Positions 1 through 9,469 of a DNA stretch of 53,544 nt are shown here, piece by piece. Each line of letters starts with the position of its first letter. Position 1 is the first letter of the stretch. This stretch comes from a virus (lineage: Duplodnaviria > Caudoviricetes), in IMG/VR virus record IMGVR_UViG_3300028025_005543, positions 1 through 53,544 of that record; one strand, given 5' to 3'. Both the position numbers and the translations under genes were made by a program. The notes beneath the pieces were generated by a model. The model saw only the letters and a list, made by a program, of their open reading frames with translations. It was not told the origin of the DNA and searched no databases.

Positions 1-1
1 G

Positions 2-136
2 TATGCGCTGCTTGAGAACTCTATAGACGAGGATATCCACCGGCTCCTAGAGCGAAAGCTATCAGTTGTTACTGAAGCAATCGATGGAGCCAGTGGGCAG
101 GAGGTTATCCTCTCCCTACTAGGTAGGAGAAATTAG
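2..136 (+). CDS. 3' end of a SNF2/DEAD-like helicase (partial, not in the ORF track)
   Basis: Frame 2 reads YALLENSIDEDIHRLLERKLSVVTEAIDG...RRN*, resembling the C-terminal 'TIDE.I..LL..K..V' segment of SNF2 helicases; TAG at 134-136. Confidence 0.6.
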   Translation, partial: YALLENSIDEDIHRLLERKLSVVTEAIDGASGQEVILSLLGRRN

Positions 137-357
137 TCCAAGACCTCGACGGCAATAGTTTTTTCTTGGACTTCGGTATCCATTGACTTGTCAAACTCAT
201 CGTCAAGGAATTCAGCATTTTCGTTTAGCCAATAACCCTTGTCGTCAATTGGCCACTCGTCCCACTTAGACGGAAGTGGTTTGGTCAAGTGGTATCGAAC
301 GTATCGAGTTTCCTCAACAGTACGAGTTTCAATGTTGGTTACAAGGTACAGAGCCAT
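133..357 (-). CDS. Small acidic hypothetical protein
   Basis: 74-aa ORF directly following the 358..561 gene on the minus strand. Confidence 0.7.
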   Translation of the reverse strand: MALYLVTNIETRTVEETRYVRYHLTKPLPSKWDEWPIDDKGYWLNENAEFLDDEFDKSMDTEVQEKTIAVEVLD

Positions 358-561
358 TTAGTAGTCCTCTCGTGGCGGCATATCGCGCTTGATTACATAT
401 GATAACCAAGCCAATGGTGCAATTCCAATTATGCCGAAAAGCATAATGACTGGTGCTACTTCAGGTGCTTGGTACATAAAGAACCAAGACGACAAGATGG
501 TTGTGAGTATGCCAATGCGAACGACACTTTGCATACAGTTATAGAGCATTCTGTCGGTCAT
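358..561 (-). CDS. Small membrane protein
   Basis: Two hydrophobic stretches; ATGA overlap with the upstream gene. Confidence 0.7.
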   Translation of the reverse strand: MTDRMLYNCMQSVVRIGILTTILSSWFFMYQAPEVAPVIMLFGIIGIAPLAWLSYVIKRDMPPREDY

Positions 562-785
562 AGTGCGATACTCTCGCCCTCTGTGTCAATTCCAAACCAA
601 ACCCCACCACCGTTGCCCTCGTAATCCTGTGACGGGTACAACTTTACCCCATTGGACAGAACCATAACGATAGGTGTGCCGTTTCCGTACCCAACTTCCC
701 AACCCTCTGCCTCAATTTCAGCAGGGGTCATTTCACGAAGTTCGGTAATGGTCATTCCCTCAATTGCTATCTGTTTAGTAGTCAT
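558..785 (-). CDS. Hypothetical phage protein (start moved to ATG 785)
   Basis: ELREMTPAEIEAEGW...LYPSQDYEGNGGG; TATACT-6 nt-ATG leaderless start. Confidence 0.7.
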   Translation of the reverse strand: MTTKQIAIEGMTITELREMTPAEIEAEGWEVGYGNGTPIVMVLSNGVKLYPSQDYEGNGGGVWFGIDTEGESIAL

Positions 786-799
786 AATTACAGTATAGA

Positions 800-872
800 A
801 ACCCGTCAGTACCATTTTGGCGATTTCCGGAGCATCGCCAAAATAACCCTGACGACTGGTTACTATCACTTC
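800..872. promoter_or_regulatory. Divergent promoter region with an inverted repeat
   Basis: TTTTGGCGAT-N9-ATCGCCAAAA at ~816-844, outer CGTCAG/CTGACG arms, -10 boxes facing both ways. Confidence 0.5.
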
Positions 873-1088
873 ATGGAAAAACTACCTAAATACATCAACG
901 TCACCCGCGTTATTACATTTGATGTTCAGGACATATCTGACATACTTCATGAAGTAAAGCCCGATGGAGAAGAAGTCACAATGGAAGAAATCATGGACTA
1001 CATCTCAGATGATTTGTCTGACTGGTTTGTTGGCAACTTTGGCGATTTGATTTGGAAAGATGAAAACGGAGAAGACATTGACAACTGA
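873..1088 (+). CDS. Small acidic hypothetical protein
   Basis: 71-aa ORF; TACTAT-6 nt-ATG. Confidence 0.75.
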   Translation: MEKLPKYINVTRVITFDVQDISDILHEVKPDGEEVTMEEIMDYISDDLSDWFVGNFGDLIWKDENGEDIDN

Positions 1089-1557
1089 TTTTGCAACCAC
1101 CATTGTTTCTACTGACGGGTTTACCGTTGAGTACTCTGACCCGCTGCGACTAGATAGGCTCGACCCTGCTTGGTTTGTTTGGGGTTACAACCACACATTT
1201 GTCGCCCGTGTGAGCAAGCAAGGCCACTCCATTGATGTCTTTTGTGATGGAGAAATGCGAATCCACGTTTGGGACGATGGTTCTATGAAGTACAAAGACT
1301 CAAACTTCACAGTCATTAGGTACTCAGACAGACTTGAGGAATACGGTTTCAACAATGACCTTGACCTTATTGCAGCTGAACCACGAATTGAGTGGGAGAA
1401 CAATGCTTGGTTTGACCTCTACTGGTCATTTGGTGTGAAAGATGAAGAGGGAGAAGACTGGTTGAACTGTGTTACTCATGAATTGAGTGATGCCGTGAAT
1501 CAAGCAAAGGCTGTCATTGACGACAGAATCGCACAAAACCTCCCCGTACTCGATTAG
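1060..1557 (+). CDS. Hypothetical protein
   Basis: 165-aa ORF overlapping the upstream gene. Confidence 0.75.
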   Translation: MKTEKTLTTDFATTIVSTDGFTVEYSDPLRLDRLDPAWFVWGYNHTFVARVSKQGHSIDVFCDGEMRIHVWDDGSMKYKDSNFTVIRYSDRLEEYGFNNDLDLIAAEPRIEWENNAWFDLYWSFGVKDEEGEDWLNCVTHELSDAVNQAKAVIDDRIAQNLPVLD

Positions 1558-1566
1558 GATAGGACT

Positions 1567-2064
1567 ATGGCACTAAAAAGAAGCATCAAAGAAGCAGACG
1601 TAGACAAGAAGCACCACGAATTGTGGGCAGACTTAGAGCAAGAGTTCGGAAGCAAGTACCGTATCCCCTCTGAGAAGCAGTTTGAGATGAGTGCATACAC
1701 CCGTGGTATGTATTGTTTGATGAGTTGGGACGGCAAAGGCTCGCCGGCCCGATACTTGGCATCGTATTCCATTGATGAAAAGACGATTATCAAGCTCGTA
1801 GCAGACTTCTGCGGCGAAGAAATCAGCGAAGATGACCTCTCTGTAACCAAAGAGAAGCGTGCAGATAAGTACGATGCTCTAGTTTCGTATGCGAAAGAGA
1901 ATATCTTCCGTCAATGCACTACAGAAGAACTTGTAGAAGTCGGTGGTTTCTCGTATCAGACCACTCTGAAGTACTTACAAGAGTCTGCTTGGTACAAGAA
2001 AGTGAAGAAAGGCTTGTGGGAGTGCCGCGATGCAAAGGCCGATAGAGAAGCAGAGAAGAATTAG
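1567..2064 (+). CDS. Hypothetical protein, possible C-terminal winged HTH
   Basis: TTEELVEVGGFSYQTTLKYL...KKVKKGLW. Confidence 0.7.
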   Translation: MALKRSIKEADVDKKHHELWADLEQEFGSKYRIPSEKQFEMSAYTRGMYCLMSWDGKGSPARYLASYSIDEKTIIKLVADFCGEEISEDDLSVTKEKRADKYDALVSYAKENIFRQCTTEELVEVGGFSYQTTLKYLQESAWYKKVKKGLWECRDAKADREAEKN

Positions 2065-2261
2065 GCTTGCCATTTGTCTAATGGACACTCTGAATCAACG
2101 AATTTGACCTTCATTGGCATAAAACAACCACACTCCAAGCAGGCTCGAGTCTCTTTATCAAGTGATTTACAGCCTAAGCACGTCTGAAAACGCGCCATAG
2201 AGACATCGGTGGGTACTGTTTCTTCTAAGTTGTTCATAAGCCTTCTGAATAAACGCGTCAC
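2061..2261 (-). CDS. Small Cys-rich protein (DUF6171-like)
   Basis: CLGC...CLECGCFM..K......CPLDKW; GTG start after TAAACT-6 nt. Confidence 0.75.
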   Translation of the reverse strand: MTRLFRRLMNNLEETVPTDVSMARFQTCLGCKSLDKETRACLECGCFMPMKVKFVDSECPLDKWQA

Positions 2262-2270
2262 AAAGCGAGT

Positions 2271-2831
2271 TTAGTTCTTCTTTTTGCACCTATGCGCATA
2301 CTCCGGACCCCATTGGCAAGGGTCCCAAGGTCCCCAACCCGAAGCTTTGAACATAATGAAGCCTGCTTTGAGGTTTACGAGTGGGTCAAAGAGTGGTTCT
2401 TGTGTACAAATATCCATTTCGCGGCAAATAAGAGCCCATTTATTGCGAGATGGGTCGTAGTTCACTCCATTTATCTGCAACAAACCCGTATCAGAACGGT
2501 GAGAGTAGGTAGAAACACCCGTGATATTGCAGTTCTTATCCACAATGTCGCCACCACGTCTGTTAGGACAGCCACCTGATTCTCTCAGAACGATTTGTGT
2601 GAGTCGAGGGATTGCTTTCTTGGGCCAACCTGCTGCCAAAGCGAGTTCAGGAAGCCACGAGACATCGCCGTGTCTGAAAACTACCGTCTGAGAGAGGGTT
2701 AGTGGTTCAGTCCGGTCGGCAACAGCCGATGAAAACAGCGATATTTGGTCACCCCCTATCGGTGTGCTAGGTGCTAAAGCACCAAAGGCAAAAAAAACTA
2801 AAGAGGTAACCCAACCAGCAATGATTCTCAA
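2271..2831 (-). CDS. Secreted lytic transglycosylase (SLT/lysozyme-like)
   Basis: N-terminal signal-like segment; RESGG catalytic Glu, SDTGLLQIN, LFDPLVNLKAG, GWGPW. Confidence 0.85.
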   Translation of the reverse strand: MRIIAGWVTSLVFFAFGALAPSTPIGGDQISLFSSAVADRTEPLTLSQTVVFRHGDVSWLPELALAAGWPKKAIPRLTQIVLRESGGCPNRRGGDIVDKNCNITGVSTYSHRSDTGLLQINGVNYDPSRNKWALICREMDICTQEPLFDPLVNLKAGFIMFKASGWGPWDPCQWGPEYAHRCKKKN

Positions 2832-2959
2832 ACTGTTCTCCTGAAATAGGTGGATAAGGTACAGGTTTAGTAAATCCTGCTTATGTAGTTCAGTAACTCA
2901 GTACTTCAATGTTATCAGATTGCAGCACAAAATGACACTATTACGTTACCCGTGGGTAA

Positions 2960-3232
2960 TTAGTCCTTCACAATTGGCTGAGTTGCAAGCCTATCAACGA
3001 ATTCATTGGGGTTCTCCAGCTTCAGAGAAACCATATAAGTCCCGTTGTTCTCCGAGACTGGCATCAGTCCCATTGAGTCAATGATGTAGCCGGCCAAAGT
3101 CAGAGAATCGTTCTCGACCTCAATGATTTCCTTGTCAGTCATCTCGTTGACGTTCTCGTCGGTGATTTGCAAGTCGGTCAAAAGCTCCTGAATATGCTCA
3201 AGAATAGCCATTCTTACTTCTGTTGCGTCCAT
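2960..3232 (-). CDS. Acidic hypothetical protein
   Basis: 90-aa ORF with AAGGG upstream. Confidence 0.7.
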   Translation of the reverse strand: MDATEVRMAILEHIQELLTDLQITDENVNEMTDKEIIEVENDSLTLAGYIIDSMGLMPVSENNGTYMVSLKLENPNEFVDRLATQPIVKD

Positions 3233-3307
3233 ATGGTTGCGTAGCCCTTTCGTAGGTGTTAGGCTGACACTCTAGCAAGAAACCAACCCGATATCTAAGG
3301 AGAAGAA

Positions 3308-3739
3308 ATGAATCTTTCACCAATTACTGTGATTGGAAATATCACAGCAGACCCGGAACTCACGTTCCTTGGAAGTGGAACACCAAAACTGACATTCTCA
3401 GTTGCAGTGAATCACGTCTGGTATGACGACAAGAACGAAAAGCAAGAGAAAGTTTCTTTTGTGAACGTAACTGCTTGGCGTTATTTGGCAGAAAACATTG
3501 CACGTTCGGCAAGCAAGGGTGTAGGCGTAATTGTTTACGGCCGCCTCGAGCAGAGAACGTATGAAAAAGATGGCGAAAAGAAGTCAATCACTGAAATTGT
3601 CGCCGAAGAAGTAGGAATCTTGGTTCGTTCGATTGAGTCAATTGAGCGTCGCAAGAGTGCAGAGAACGGAACGAAGCCTGCTGCAAAGCCTGCGCAACGT
3701 CCACTCGCACGAGTTGGCTCTGAAGAAGAGCCTTTCTAA
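3308..3739 (+). CDS. ssb: Single-stranded DNA-binding protein
   Basis: ITVIGNITADPELTF, V.V.GRLEQR, acidic EEEPF tail; AGGAG RBS. Confidence 0.97.
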   Translation: MNLSPITVIGNITADPELTFLGSGTPKLTFSVAVNHVWYDDKNEKQEKVSFVNVTAWRYLAENIARSASKGVGVIVYGRLEQRTYEKDGEKKSITEIVAEEVGILVRSIESIERRKSAENGTKPAAKPAQRPLARVGSEEEPF

Positions 3740-3773
3740 CAAATTCGCCATTCCCTTGGCGTAGGTAGGTGTG

Positions 3774-3822
3774 TCCCATCAGTTGTTTCCGGAACGTGCA
3801 GCTGATGGGATTACACTTTTTA
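3774..3822 (+). terminator. Hairpin downstream of ssb
   Basis: TCCCATCAG...CTGATGGGA stem followed shortly by a T run. Confidence 0.45.
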
Positions 3823-3823
3823 G

Positions 3824-4228
3824 ATGACAACAGAACACCGAAAGTCGCCTCGACGCAAAATAAAGTCGATTGAGCGCATCGGGACTTGGGGAAACCTCAA
3901 GTATCACCACTTATTAGAGTGCGGCCACACAGAAGTTCGAGCAAGAGCATCTTCAGCTCCCAAATTAGCTTGTGCCTGGTGCTTGCGTGTCGAAGATAAA
4001 AAAGATGAACTTTCTGCGCTTGTTTCGACTGGCAATCGAACTGATGAAAACTTTGATGAAATGTTTATAAAACAACTCGATAATGAATCACGTGTTCGAG
4101 CAGAAATATCGAAGCGGCTGCAGGTCCCGGTCGACGCGATTGACGTAACAATTGACGAAATTACCGGAATTAGAGCTGCGCGCATTTTCTTTTCTCCCTC
4201 AGACGTGTCTAGAATGACGGGACAATAA
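3824..4228 (+). CDS. Hypothetical protein with Zn-ribbon-like motif
   Basis: LECGH...ACAWC. Confidence 0.75.
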   Translation: MTTEHRKSPRRKIKSIERIGTWGNLKYHHLLECGHTEVRARASSAPKLACAWCLRVEDKKDELSALVSTGNRTDENFDEMFIKQLDNESRVRAEISKRLQVPVDAIDVTIDEITGIRAARIFFSPSDVSRMTGQ

Positions 4229-4249
4229 CCGTTCCGACACAAAGGGGAA

Positions 4250-4651
4250 ATGTACGTGGCCAATCTTTGGGGTATTCCTGTTAAAGACCAGCTCTTTCCA
4301 AGAGGACGTGCAGCTTGCACCGGGCATAACACTGAAATGTGGTTCCCGGATTACACAGTCAACAAAGATTCACACACAAAACGTGAACTTGTTGCAAAAC
4401 GCAACAAAGATATTGCAGCAGCAAAAGCAATTTGTGAAACGTGTGAGATTAAACAAGAATGTTTGATGTGGTCACTGAAGTATGAGCCGTTTGGTATATG
4501 GGGCGGCCGTGATGAACGTGAGCGTTTCTGGGACAGACGGGACTTAAAGGTTGAATGCGTGATTAATGAGCGCTTATTCATTCCGGGTCTTGGCCGTGTT
4601 TCTACAGCTACAGTAAAAACGGAGACGCGCGTCATTGGACGTATGAAGTGA
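4250..4651 (+). CDS. whiB: WhiB-family Fe-S transcription factor
   Basis: Four Cys (AAC...AKAICETCEIKQEC) and GIWGG turn. Confidence 0.93.
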   Translation: MYVANLWGIPVKDQLFPRGRAACTGHNTEMWFPDYTVNKDSHTKRELVAKRNKDIAAAKAICETCEIKQECLMWSLKYEPFGIWGGRDERERFWDRRDLKVECVINERLFIPGLGRVSTATVKTETRVIGRMK

Positions 4652-6351
4652 TAAACATTGAGGACTTTTTAAGCCGCTTTGAGGGAGTGAAAGGCGGCAA
4701 CAATCAGTGGCAAGCTCGATGCCCGTGTCGAAATGATGACGAAAACCCGTCGTTGGCCATTGCATACAAAGATGAACGTATTCTTGTCAACTGTTTCCGT
4801 GGTTCTAGTGCGTGCAGCGCGCAGGAAATATGCAAAGAAGTAGGTCTAACTATCAATGACTTGTTCCCGGACAAGCCAAAAGAGAAAAAACTCTCAAAAG
4901 TTGCAGAATATAACTACTACGACGAAGCTGGGGAGCTGTTATTTCAGAAAGTACGTTACGTTGACCAAGATGGAAGAAAGACTTTCCGTCAACGCCGTCC
5001 CGTAGATGGTGGTCAATGGGAGTATTCACTCGGTGATACGCCAAAAGTTCTTTATAATCTGCCGGCAGTACGTGCAGCTATCGCAAACAACACGTCTATC
5101 TACGTCGTTGAGGGAGAAAAGGACGCTGATGCACTGATTGCACGTGGATTAGTTGCTACAACAATGCCCGGAGGGGCTGGAAACTGGCTTGATATCCACA
5201 CAATGGCTCTTGCAGGCGGGACTATTGACATTGTTGCAGATAATGACGAAGTTGGCCACGAACACGCTGCTGATGTTTTCAGAAAGTTGCAAGAAGTTGG
5301 TTGCGACGTAGCTTTATGGCGCTGCCCATCAAAGAAAGATGTGTTTGACCACCTTGCAGCCGGGCTGAACTTAGATGAACTTGAGCCGCTTGACCCGGAC
5401 GGACTTACGGAGCTTGTATCGGCTGAAGTCCCGAGTGAAGAAACGCCATTGACGCAAGCAATCGAGAGAATTGCGGCCACGTTGCTCAACCCGGACCTCA
5501 CGCCGCAACAAAAGTTGCTAAAAGCAGCGCTTATTTCGACTAGCGCAGCAACAGAGCAGCCGCTGTATACCGGGCGTCTTGTGAAATGGCAAGATTTCAT
5601 CAATGAGGAACAGTCGAGTGAGCCTAAATGGGTAATCGACGGCGTGTTGGAAGCACAAGAACGTGTAATTGTTGTTGCAGCTGAAGGCGTTGGTAAAACA
5701 ATGTTGATGCGGCAGGTTGCAATTCTTACCGGGGCCGGCATTCACCCATTCACTTTTCAACCAATGCAGCAGCGGCGTACATTGTTTGTTGACTTGGAGA
5801 ACCCGGAACACATTATTCACAAAATGTCATCACAAATCTTTGCTGATGTTTTCAAAATGGGTTGGGTCAAGGACGTTGAGGCTCAAATTTGGATGGAGCC
5901 ATCGGGACTGAACCTGCTGAACAAGGCTGACAGGCAAAAACTTGAGGAACAGATAGAAAAAACACGCCCGGAACTCATTTGTATGGGGCCGCTGTATAAG
6001 AGCTTCGTTGACCCCGGCGGCAGAACGTCTGAATCAATCGTTGTTGAGATTGCTAAGTACCTTGACTACATCAGAACTGTATATAACTGCGCATTATGGC
6101 TAGAACATCACGCACCACTCGGTACGACGATGGCTACACGGGACTTGCGCCCGTTTGGTTCAGCAGTATGGTCACGTTGGCCGGAGTTTGGTATTGCATT
6201 ATCACCCGTACCAACCGGGGAACCTTACGTTTACGACATTAGACACTTCAGAGGAGCGCGTGATGAACGTGCGTGGCCGTCACTTATCAAGCGCAGCCCA
6301 CGTCCCGGCGGCCGTTTCCCATTTACAGTGTTAGAATATCTAAAGGTATGA
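4648..6351 (+). CDS. DNA primase/helicase (Zn-binding, TOPRIM, RecA-like AAA_25)
   Basis: ARCPC, YVVEGEKDAD, ADNDEVG, Walker A AAEGVGKT, LEHH. Confidence 0.92.
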   Translation: MINIEDFLSRFEGVKGGNNQWQARCPCRNDDENPSLAIAYKDERILVNCFRGSSACSAQEICKEVGLTINDLFPDKPKEKKLSKVAEYNYYDEAGELLFQKVRYVDQDGRKTFRQRRPVDGGQWEYSLGDTPKVLYNLPAVRAAIANNTSIYVVEGEKDADALIARGLVATTMPGGAGNWLDIHTMALAGGTIDIVADNDEVGHEHAADVFRKLQEVGCDVALWRCPSKKDVFDHLAAGLNLDELEPLDPDGLTELVSAEVPSEETPLTQAIERIAATLLNPDLTPQQKLLKAALISTSAATEQPLYTGRLVKWQDFINEEQSSEPKWVIDGVLEAQERVIVVAAEGVGKTMLMRQVAILTGAGIHPFTFQPMQQRRTLFVDLENPEHIIHKMSSQIFADVFKMGWVKDVEAQIWMEPSGLNLLNKADRQKLEEQIEKTRPELICMGPLYKSFVDPGGRTSESIVVEIAKYLDYIRTVYNCALWLEHHAPLGTTMATRDLRPFGSAVWSRWPEFGIALSPVPTGEPYVYDIRHFRGARDERAWPSLIKRSPRPGGRFPFTVLEYLKV

Positions 6352-6992
6352 ACGATAAGAATAAAGTAATGAACCGGGAGTTCTTGGCTGAACGGGACTA
6401 TCGCATTTTTGCGATGAAGAAAGCCGGGCTTGGTGTTCGAGAGATTGCTCGACGTTTCGATATGACCACAGCGGCCGTAAACAAGGCAATTCAGCGGCAA
6501 CTGGCCAAGATGAACCAAGAAGCGCAGCTAAATTACTCGGAAGTTCTACGTTTGGAGCTTGAGCGGCTCGATGCGCTGCAGTCAGCTATCTGGCCAATGA
6601 CACAAAATCGAAAAGTTACGTCAGATGATGGCAAAGAAGTGCAAATCGAACCAGAAATCAAGGCAATTCAGCAAGTTTTGTCGATTATGGACCGGAGAAC
6701 GAAGCTGCTTGGTATGGATAATGTCAATATCAATGTACAAATGGACGTTCAGGAGAAGCAAGGCAACATAATCAAGGCAACTCTCGCCGGCCAGCAAGGA
6801 ATGGCGGCTGGTGCAAACCAATTTAGTCCCGAAGAGGACGCGAAGAAGCTGCTCGAACTGATGGCGGCCTCCGGGGTTCTCCCGGAAGCTATCGTGCGTC
6901 AACTAATGTCTGAAGGTGAGCCTATCCAAGATGCAGAAGTGGTGGAAAACGATGTCGAACTCAGACAAATCAATTCAGGAAGCGATGAATGA
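6348..6992 (+). CDS. HTH DNA-binding protein, possibly terminase small subunit-like
   Basis: GLGVREIARRFDMT HTH; LELERLDALQSAIWP...IMDRRTKLLG; ATGA overlap with the primase stop. Confidence 0.6.
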   Translation: MNDKNKVMNREFLAERDYRIFAMKKAGLGVREIARRFDMTTAAVNKAIQRQLAKMNQEAQLNYSEVLRLELERLDALQSAIWPMTQNRKVTSDDGKEVQIEPEIKAIQQVLSIMDRRTKLLGMDNVNINVQMDVQEKQGNIIKATLAGQQGMAAGANQFSPEEDAKKLLELMAASGVLPEAIVRQLMSEGEPIQDAEVVENDVELRQINSGSDE

Positions 6993-7278
6993 CGTGGCCG
7001 ATGAAATGAAGCCGCAAGATATGAATGTCAAACCCGTTGCCCCGGTCGAAGAAGGCGACAGTCCCGCAGATAAGCAAGTGATTGTGCGGCTGACACTCGA
7101 AGAACGTGAGAACTGGAAGGCCGCCGCAGACAAGACTGGCCAAACTTTGTCAGCTTTTATCCGGGACCTTTGCAATGCGCGGGCCGATGAAGTGCTTGTC
7201 TGTTCACACCCGGTAAATCAACGTAGATTTTACCCGTGGGCCGAGTTTTGCCTGAAGTGCAATACTCGTATGAGGTAA
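6952..7278 (+). CDS. Ribbon-helix-helix-like protein with C-terminal Zn site
   Basis: QVIVRLTLEERENWKAAADKTGQTLSAFIR; CSHP...CLKC. Confidence 0.7.
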   Translation: MSNSDKSIQEAMNDVADEMKPQDMNVKPVAPVEEGDSPADKQVIVRLTLEERENWKAAADKTGQTLSAFIRDLCNARADEVLVCSHPVNQRRFYPWAEFCLKCNTRMR

Positions 7279-7316
7279 TCGCCAGAATACATCTGACGAT
7301 TTTGTACCATTGAGGT

Positions 7317-7850
7317 ATGACATCAGAACTTGTGAATTGCAAGAAGTGTGGTCTTGAATGTTTTTGGGATACCAATCGTCACGGCAAGAAGTATTTGGCC
7401 GTGAAAATGGTTCAGGAATATGCAGGTGGCACGGGTGTTTGGAAACAACCCCACTATTGCACGGCTACCCCAGAGCAGGCCGCGGAGTATCAGGCCCTTG
7501 TCAAACTTCAGAAAGACGAGGAAGCCAGAGTCAGGTTGGAAGCACTTGCTAATGGCGAAATTGTTGTTGGCCAAACGGTCAAGGTTTATCGTGGTCGCAA
7601 GGTCCCACAAGGAACGATTGGTGTCGTGTTTTGGGTTGCAGAGGAAGCAGACGATTTCGGTACTTACAAGATTGGTATCAAGTCGGCAGACGGAACTAAG
7701 CACTTTGTTGCAATCAACAATGTTGATTTCTACTTTGACGGTGCTGATGAACTCAATGCCAAAAGAGTTGCTACAGAAAAAGCAGAAGCAAAGGCACGAC
7801 GCGAAGCAGTAAAAGCATTTATTGCTTCAGGAGAGGAACTGGAAATCTAA
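7317..7850 (+). CDS. Hypothetical protein (Zn finger plus SH3/KOW-like)
   Basis: CKKCG...HYC; GQTVKVYRGRKVPQGTIGVVFW. Confidence 0.75.
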   Translation: MTSELVNCKKCGLECFWDTNRHGKKYLAVKMVQEYAGGTGVWKQPHYCTATPEQAAEYQALVKLQKDEEARVRLEALANGEIVVGQTVKVYRGRKVPQGTIGVVFWVAEEADDFGTYKIGIKSADGTKHFVAINNVDFYFDGADELNAKRVATEKAEAKARREAVKAFIASGEELEI

Positions 7851-7851
7851 T

Positions 7852-8037
7852 ATGAAAACGTACGAGGTGTCTCTTACTACTTCTACTTCAGTCATTGTTC
7901 GTGTTCAGGCTGAGAACGAGCAAGATATGGCTGACAAGATTGCTGACCTTGACGTGATGAATGCGTTACAGGACCAGATAACGCAAGGCCAGACCTATCT
8001 TGACTGGGTTATTGATGACTGGGAAGAAATAGTTTAG
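7852..8037 (+). CDS. Small acidic hypothetical protein
   Basis: MKTYEVSL...VRVQAENEQD; starts 1 nt after the upstream stop. Confidence 0.7.
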   Translation: MKTYEVSLTTSTSVIVRVQAENEQDMADKIADLDVMNALQDQITQGQTYLDWVIDDWEEIV

Positions 8038-8589
8038 TTACTTCTTCTTTTTAGTGTTTTCGTAGCGCTTCAGTAAGTTCCGGCCCTTAGCTGCAAGACG
8101 TGCTGCATCTTGTGCATTCTTCGGGACTGGCTCACCCCACGCGGCTGCGCTCAATGCAAGTCGAGTTGGTTCACCATTTGGCTTTTGCAACGGCCCGGAA
8201 GGGTTTGTGAAGAAACGTGTGAGGAAAGAACCTTTTCTACGCATCTTCTGCGGCGTATCAGCTGCACCCTTGACACCCGGACGCAAGTTGCCGCCTGATT
8301 GTCGATTGAAATGAGCTCGACCAGCTGCGGTTAGGCCGCCTTTTGGGTCTTTTAGTGGTTTTTTTGATTTAGTACTAACTGGATTTTCTGATTTAGTACT
8401 AATTGGAACGCAGTTAGGGACCATCTTCCCGGATTTTCCACGCTTCATACCAACTTGTTCGTATCCGGGCCAGCAAGGACCTGCTGCTTTACGGGACTTT
8501 GGCCGCATATCCTGCGCACGTACGGCTTCTTCTATCGAGTTTTGGTCGCGCTTACGTCGAGGAACGCCGCGTTTCTTGCGGCCATTCAT
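8038..8589 (-). CDS. Basic virion-type protein (DUF6321-like plus CWPGY motif)
   Basis: PCWPGYEQVGMK...MVPNCVP; DPKGGLTAAGR...RRKGSFLTRF...RLALSAAAWG. Confidence 0.75.
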   Translation of the reverse strand: MNGRKKRGVPRRKRDQNSIEEAVRAQDMRPKSRKAAGPCWPGYEQVGMKRGKSGKMVPNCVPISTKSENPVSTKSKKPLKDPKGGLTAAGRAHFNRQSGGNLRPGVKGAADTPQKMRRKGSFLTRFFTNPSGPLQKPNGEPTRLALSAAAWGEPVPKNAQDAARLAAKGRNLLKRYENTKKKK

Positions 8590-8636
8590 ATCTACTCCGT
8601 TGGCAGTAGTGCCACGAAGAATACCGAAGTCAGACT

Positions 8637-9173
8637 TTACTTCTTGCCTTTTCCCTGACCCGGCTTTGGTGCTTTTGGGCGCTGAACACCGGCCTTTGGT
8701 TTGCCGAAGAGCTTCTCCATCAATTCGTCCCGTGTAAGCGGCTTCACTGGGTCAAGTCCTGCAGCGTCACCCATTGGCTTCTTTTTCATCATTGGGCCTT
8801 TTGGCATTGGTCGAGCAGCACCCGGCATTGGTCGAGCGGCACGCGGCATCATTGGACCTTTTGGCATTGGCTTGTTCATACCTTTTTCACGCATTGGCAT
8901 CTTGCGCATTGGACGACGTGGAGCTGCGAGTTCTTCCTCAGTTGGCTCCATTACTTCTTCGTCATCAACGAGTTCTTCTTCAGTTGGCTCAATGGCTTCT
9001 TCGTCCATCTCCATATCTTCACCCATGAGGTCCATGCCACGCTTCTTCATCTTGCGCATGCCGGAGCCCATCTTTGCTTCCATGTCGAGGAGCTCTTGGA
9101 GCTGCTTCTCAGCAAAATCTGCGTACCACTCTGCTGTGTGTTCTGCGTCTTGTGGGTTATTGCTTTGAGTCAT
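8637..9173 (-). CDS. Low-complexity protein (acidic, then M/P/K-rich)
   Basis: EPTEEEL x2, PMPKGPMM x2, AARPMP x2. Confidence 0.7.
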   Translation of the reverse strand: MTQSNNPQDAEHTAEWYADFAEKQLQELLDMEAKMGSGMRKMKKRGMDLMGEDMEMDEEAIEPTEEELVDDEEVMEPTEEELAAPRRPMRKMPMREKGMNKPMPKGPMMPRAARPMPGAARPMPKGPMMKKKPMGDAAGLDPVKPLTRDELMEKLFGKPKAGVQRPKAPKPGQGKGKK

Positions 9174-9312
9174 TGTCGTTTTCCTCGCTGGAGTCCCGTT
9201 CTACCGGGACTTCTGGTTCTTTTCCGAATACGGATTCTTTTACGATTTTGGAATAAGCACGCGCTAATGCGAATACTTTGTTTGGGTCATCAAAACTCTT
9301 CGGAGTCACCAT
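9157..9312 (-). CDS. 51-aa hypothetical protein (not in the ORF track)
   Basis: MVTPKSFDDPNKVFALARAYSKIVKESVFG...; overlaps both neighbours. Confidence 0.5.
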   Translation of the reverse strand: MVTPKSFDDPNKVFALARAYSKIVKESVFGKEPEVPVERDSSEENDNDSKQ

Positions 9313-9469
9313 ATCTTTGGCTCTTCTTCTTTCGGTTTGTACGTTTTACTAATCGATTGTCGATTACCCAATCATCATACTCGTCTGGCACACCCGGATG
9401 GGCGCGACAATACGCTTGATACTCACTAAATAATGATAACTCATCATCTTCTCGTGGATTGTAAGCCAT
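9290..9469 (-). CDS. 59-aa hypothetical protein (not in the ORF track)
   Basis: MAYNPREDDELSLFSEYQAYCRAHPG...; TAATG coupling to the stop of the large gene. Confidence 0.6.
   Translation of the reverse strand: MAYNPREDDELSLFSEYQAYCRAHPGVPDEYDDWVIDNRLVKRTNRKKKSQRYGDSEEF

Noticed and set aside
8790-8875. Short tandem DNA repeats (GGCATTGGTCGAGC)
   Set aside because: Explained by PMPKGPMM and AARPMP peptide repeats in a low-complexity protein
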